From the NCBI GenBank assembly GCA_010093815.1, contig ML996569.1: a DNA stretch of 64,000 nt; one strand, 5' to 3'. Below, in pieces: positions 63,501 to 64,000 of this stretch (position 1 is the first letter of the stretch; every line of letters starts with the position of its first letter). This DNA is from Pseudovirgaria hyperparasitica. Lineage: Eukaryota. Under the pieces are notes generated by a model. It was not told where the DNA came from, searched no databases, and was given only the letters and a program-made list of their open reading frames with translations. The translations under genes and the position numbers were made by a program.

Positions 63501-64000
63501 TATAGAAAACGAAGTATTAAATTACGAATCCTAAACGCATACTAGGAAAACTCTATAAGGTAGCCCTATAATTTAAGCGATATATAGTTACTAAACGCGA
63601 AGAAAATATAAATAACCGTTATAGATACGCGACGCGATATATTATAATAGAATAATATAGAGAAGTCTAGAATAGACTAATATAGACTATTATATATAAG
63701 AAGAATATAGAACTAAAAAACTATAAAGGTACCCTACTACGGAATTAAACTCGTAATATATAATATAAAAGGTTAGAGTACCCGAACTAATAACTACTAG
63801 GCTACTAGTTTAGGTACTCTAATATAATTTAGAAAGATAAACTAATTTATATATAATATCTATACTTAAGTAACTTAAAGGAAATTAGAACCTAAAATTT
63901 AATAGTTATAGAATAAATAAGAACGTATATAATATTATTAAGTTAAGAATTAAATTACTAGAAAACTAGTAGATAGGTATCTAAATAGTCTAAAAAGGAC
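57509..64000 (+). mobile_element. RIP-degraded Ty3/Gypsy chromovirus (5' LTR, gag, PR, RT, RH, IN, chromodomain); 3' LTR not in window
   Basis: Starts TGTTAG at 57509. gag ~58300-59172 with two knuckle relics. RT ~59800-60600 (IRPSISLAGALILFIKKKDRSL, YLDNILIF). RH with ELLVIVESFK*WRYYL. IN ~62100-62900 (EDITIDFIVNLP, EFAYNN). Chromodomain ~63280-63420 (YEVDYII...KNT*KP). TA-rich and CA/TG-depleted. Confidence 0.92.
60898..61478 (+). mobile_element. TRIM (terminal-repeat retrotransposon in miniature), 581 bp, inserted in the Gypsy RNase H region
   Basis: TG..CA ends; 140-bp direct repeats at 60898-61037 and 61339-61478; TSD CGACG at 60893-60897 and 61479-61483; PPT AAAAAGGGGAGA at 61324-61335. 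The host frame FFLRKIAD-VETRY is restored on removal. Confidence 0.92.

Overview
Intron-containing genomic DNA from a filamentous ascomycete (Pezizomycotina; the porin sequence suggests a Dothideomycete, which is inference). The window has three zones. (1) 1-21.5 kb is accessory-looking: an FAH-family gene, a BTB-like repeat protein, an OTT_1508-like deaminase, DJ-1/PfpI, a divergent caleosin-like protein, GH43, two divergent uncharacterised genes (one secreted, one with a single in-frame stop), an F-box/ankyrin protein, DUF3500 and a CipA/NmrA pseudogene. (2) 21.8-55.2 kb is mostly housekeeping (RecQ, FOL3, YFH7-like kinase, DES1, MAP2, DnaJ, VDAC, Asn synthetase, SCS2/VAP, UBX, NOP15, SMN, cupredoxin, MLH3), with one secreted zincin-like gene lacking HExxH. 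(3) 56.3-64 kb is RIP-degraded, AT-rich nested retroelements: a Ty1/Copia 5' end interrupted by a Ty3/Gypsy chromovirus, whose RNase H region is interrupted by a 581-bp TRIM. The TRIM is the most striking item: 140-bp LTRs, a 5-bp TSD, a PPT, and a 17-nt primer-binding site perfectly complementary to its own LTR, i.e. a miniature element with a Tf1-type self-priming signal. Exon structures were read by eye (GT/AG, branch sites, frame continuity). Family names come from motif recognition, not database searches.
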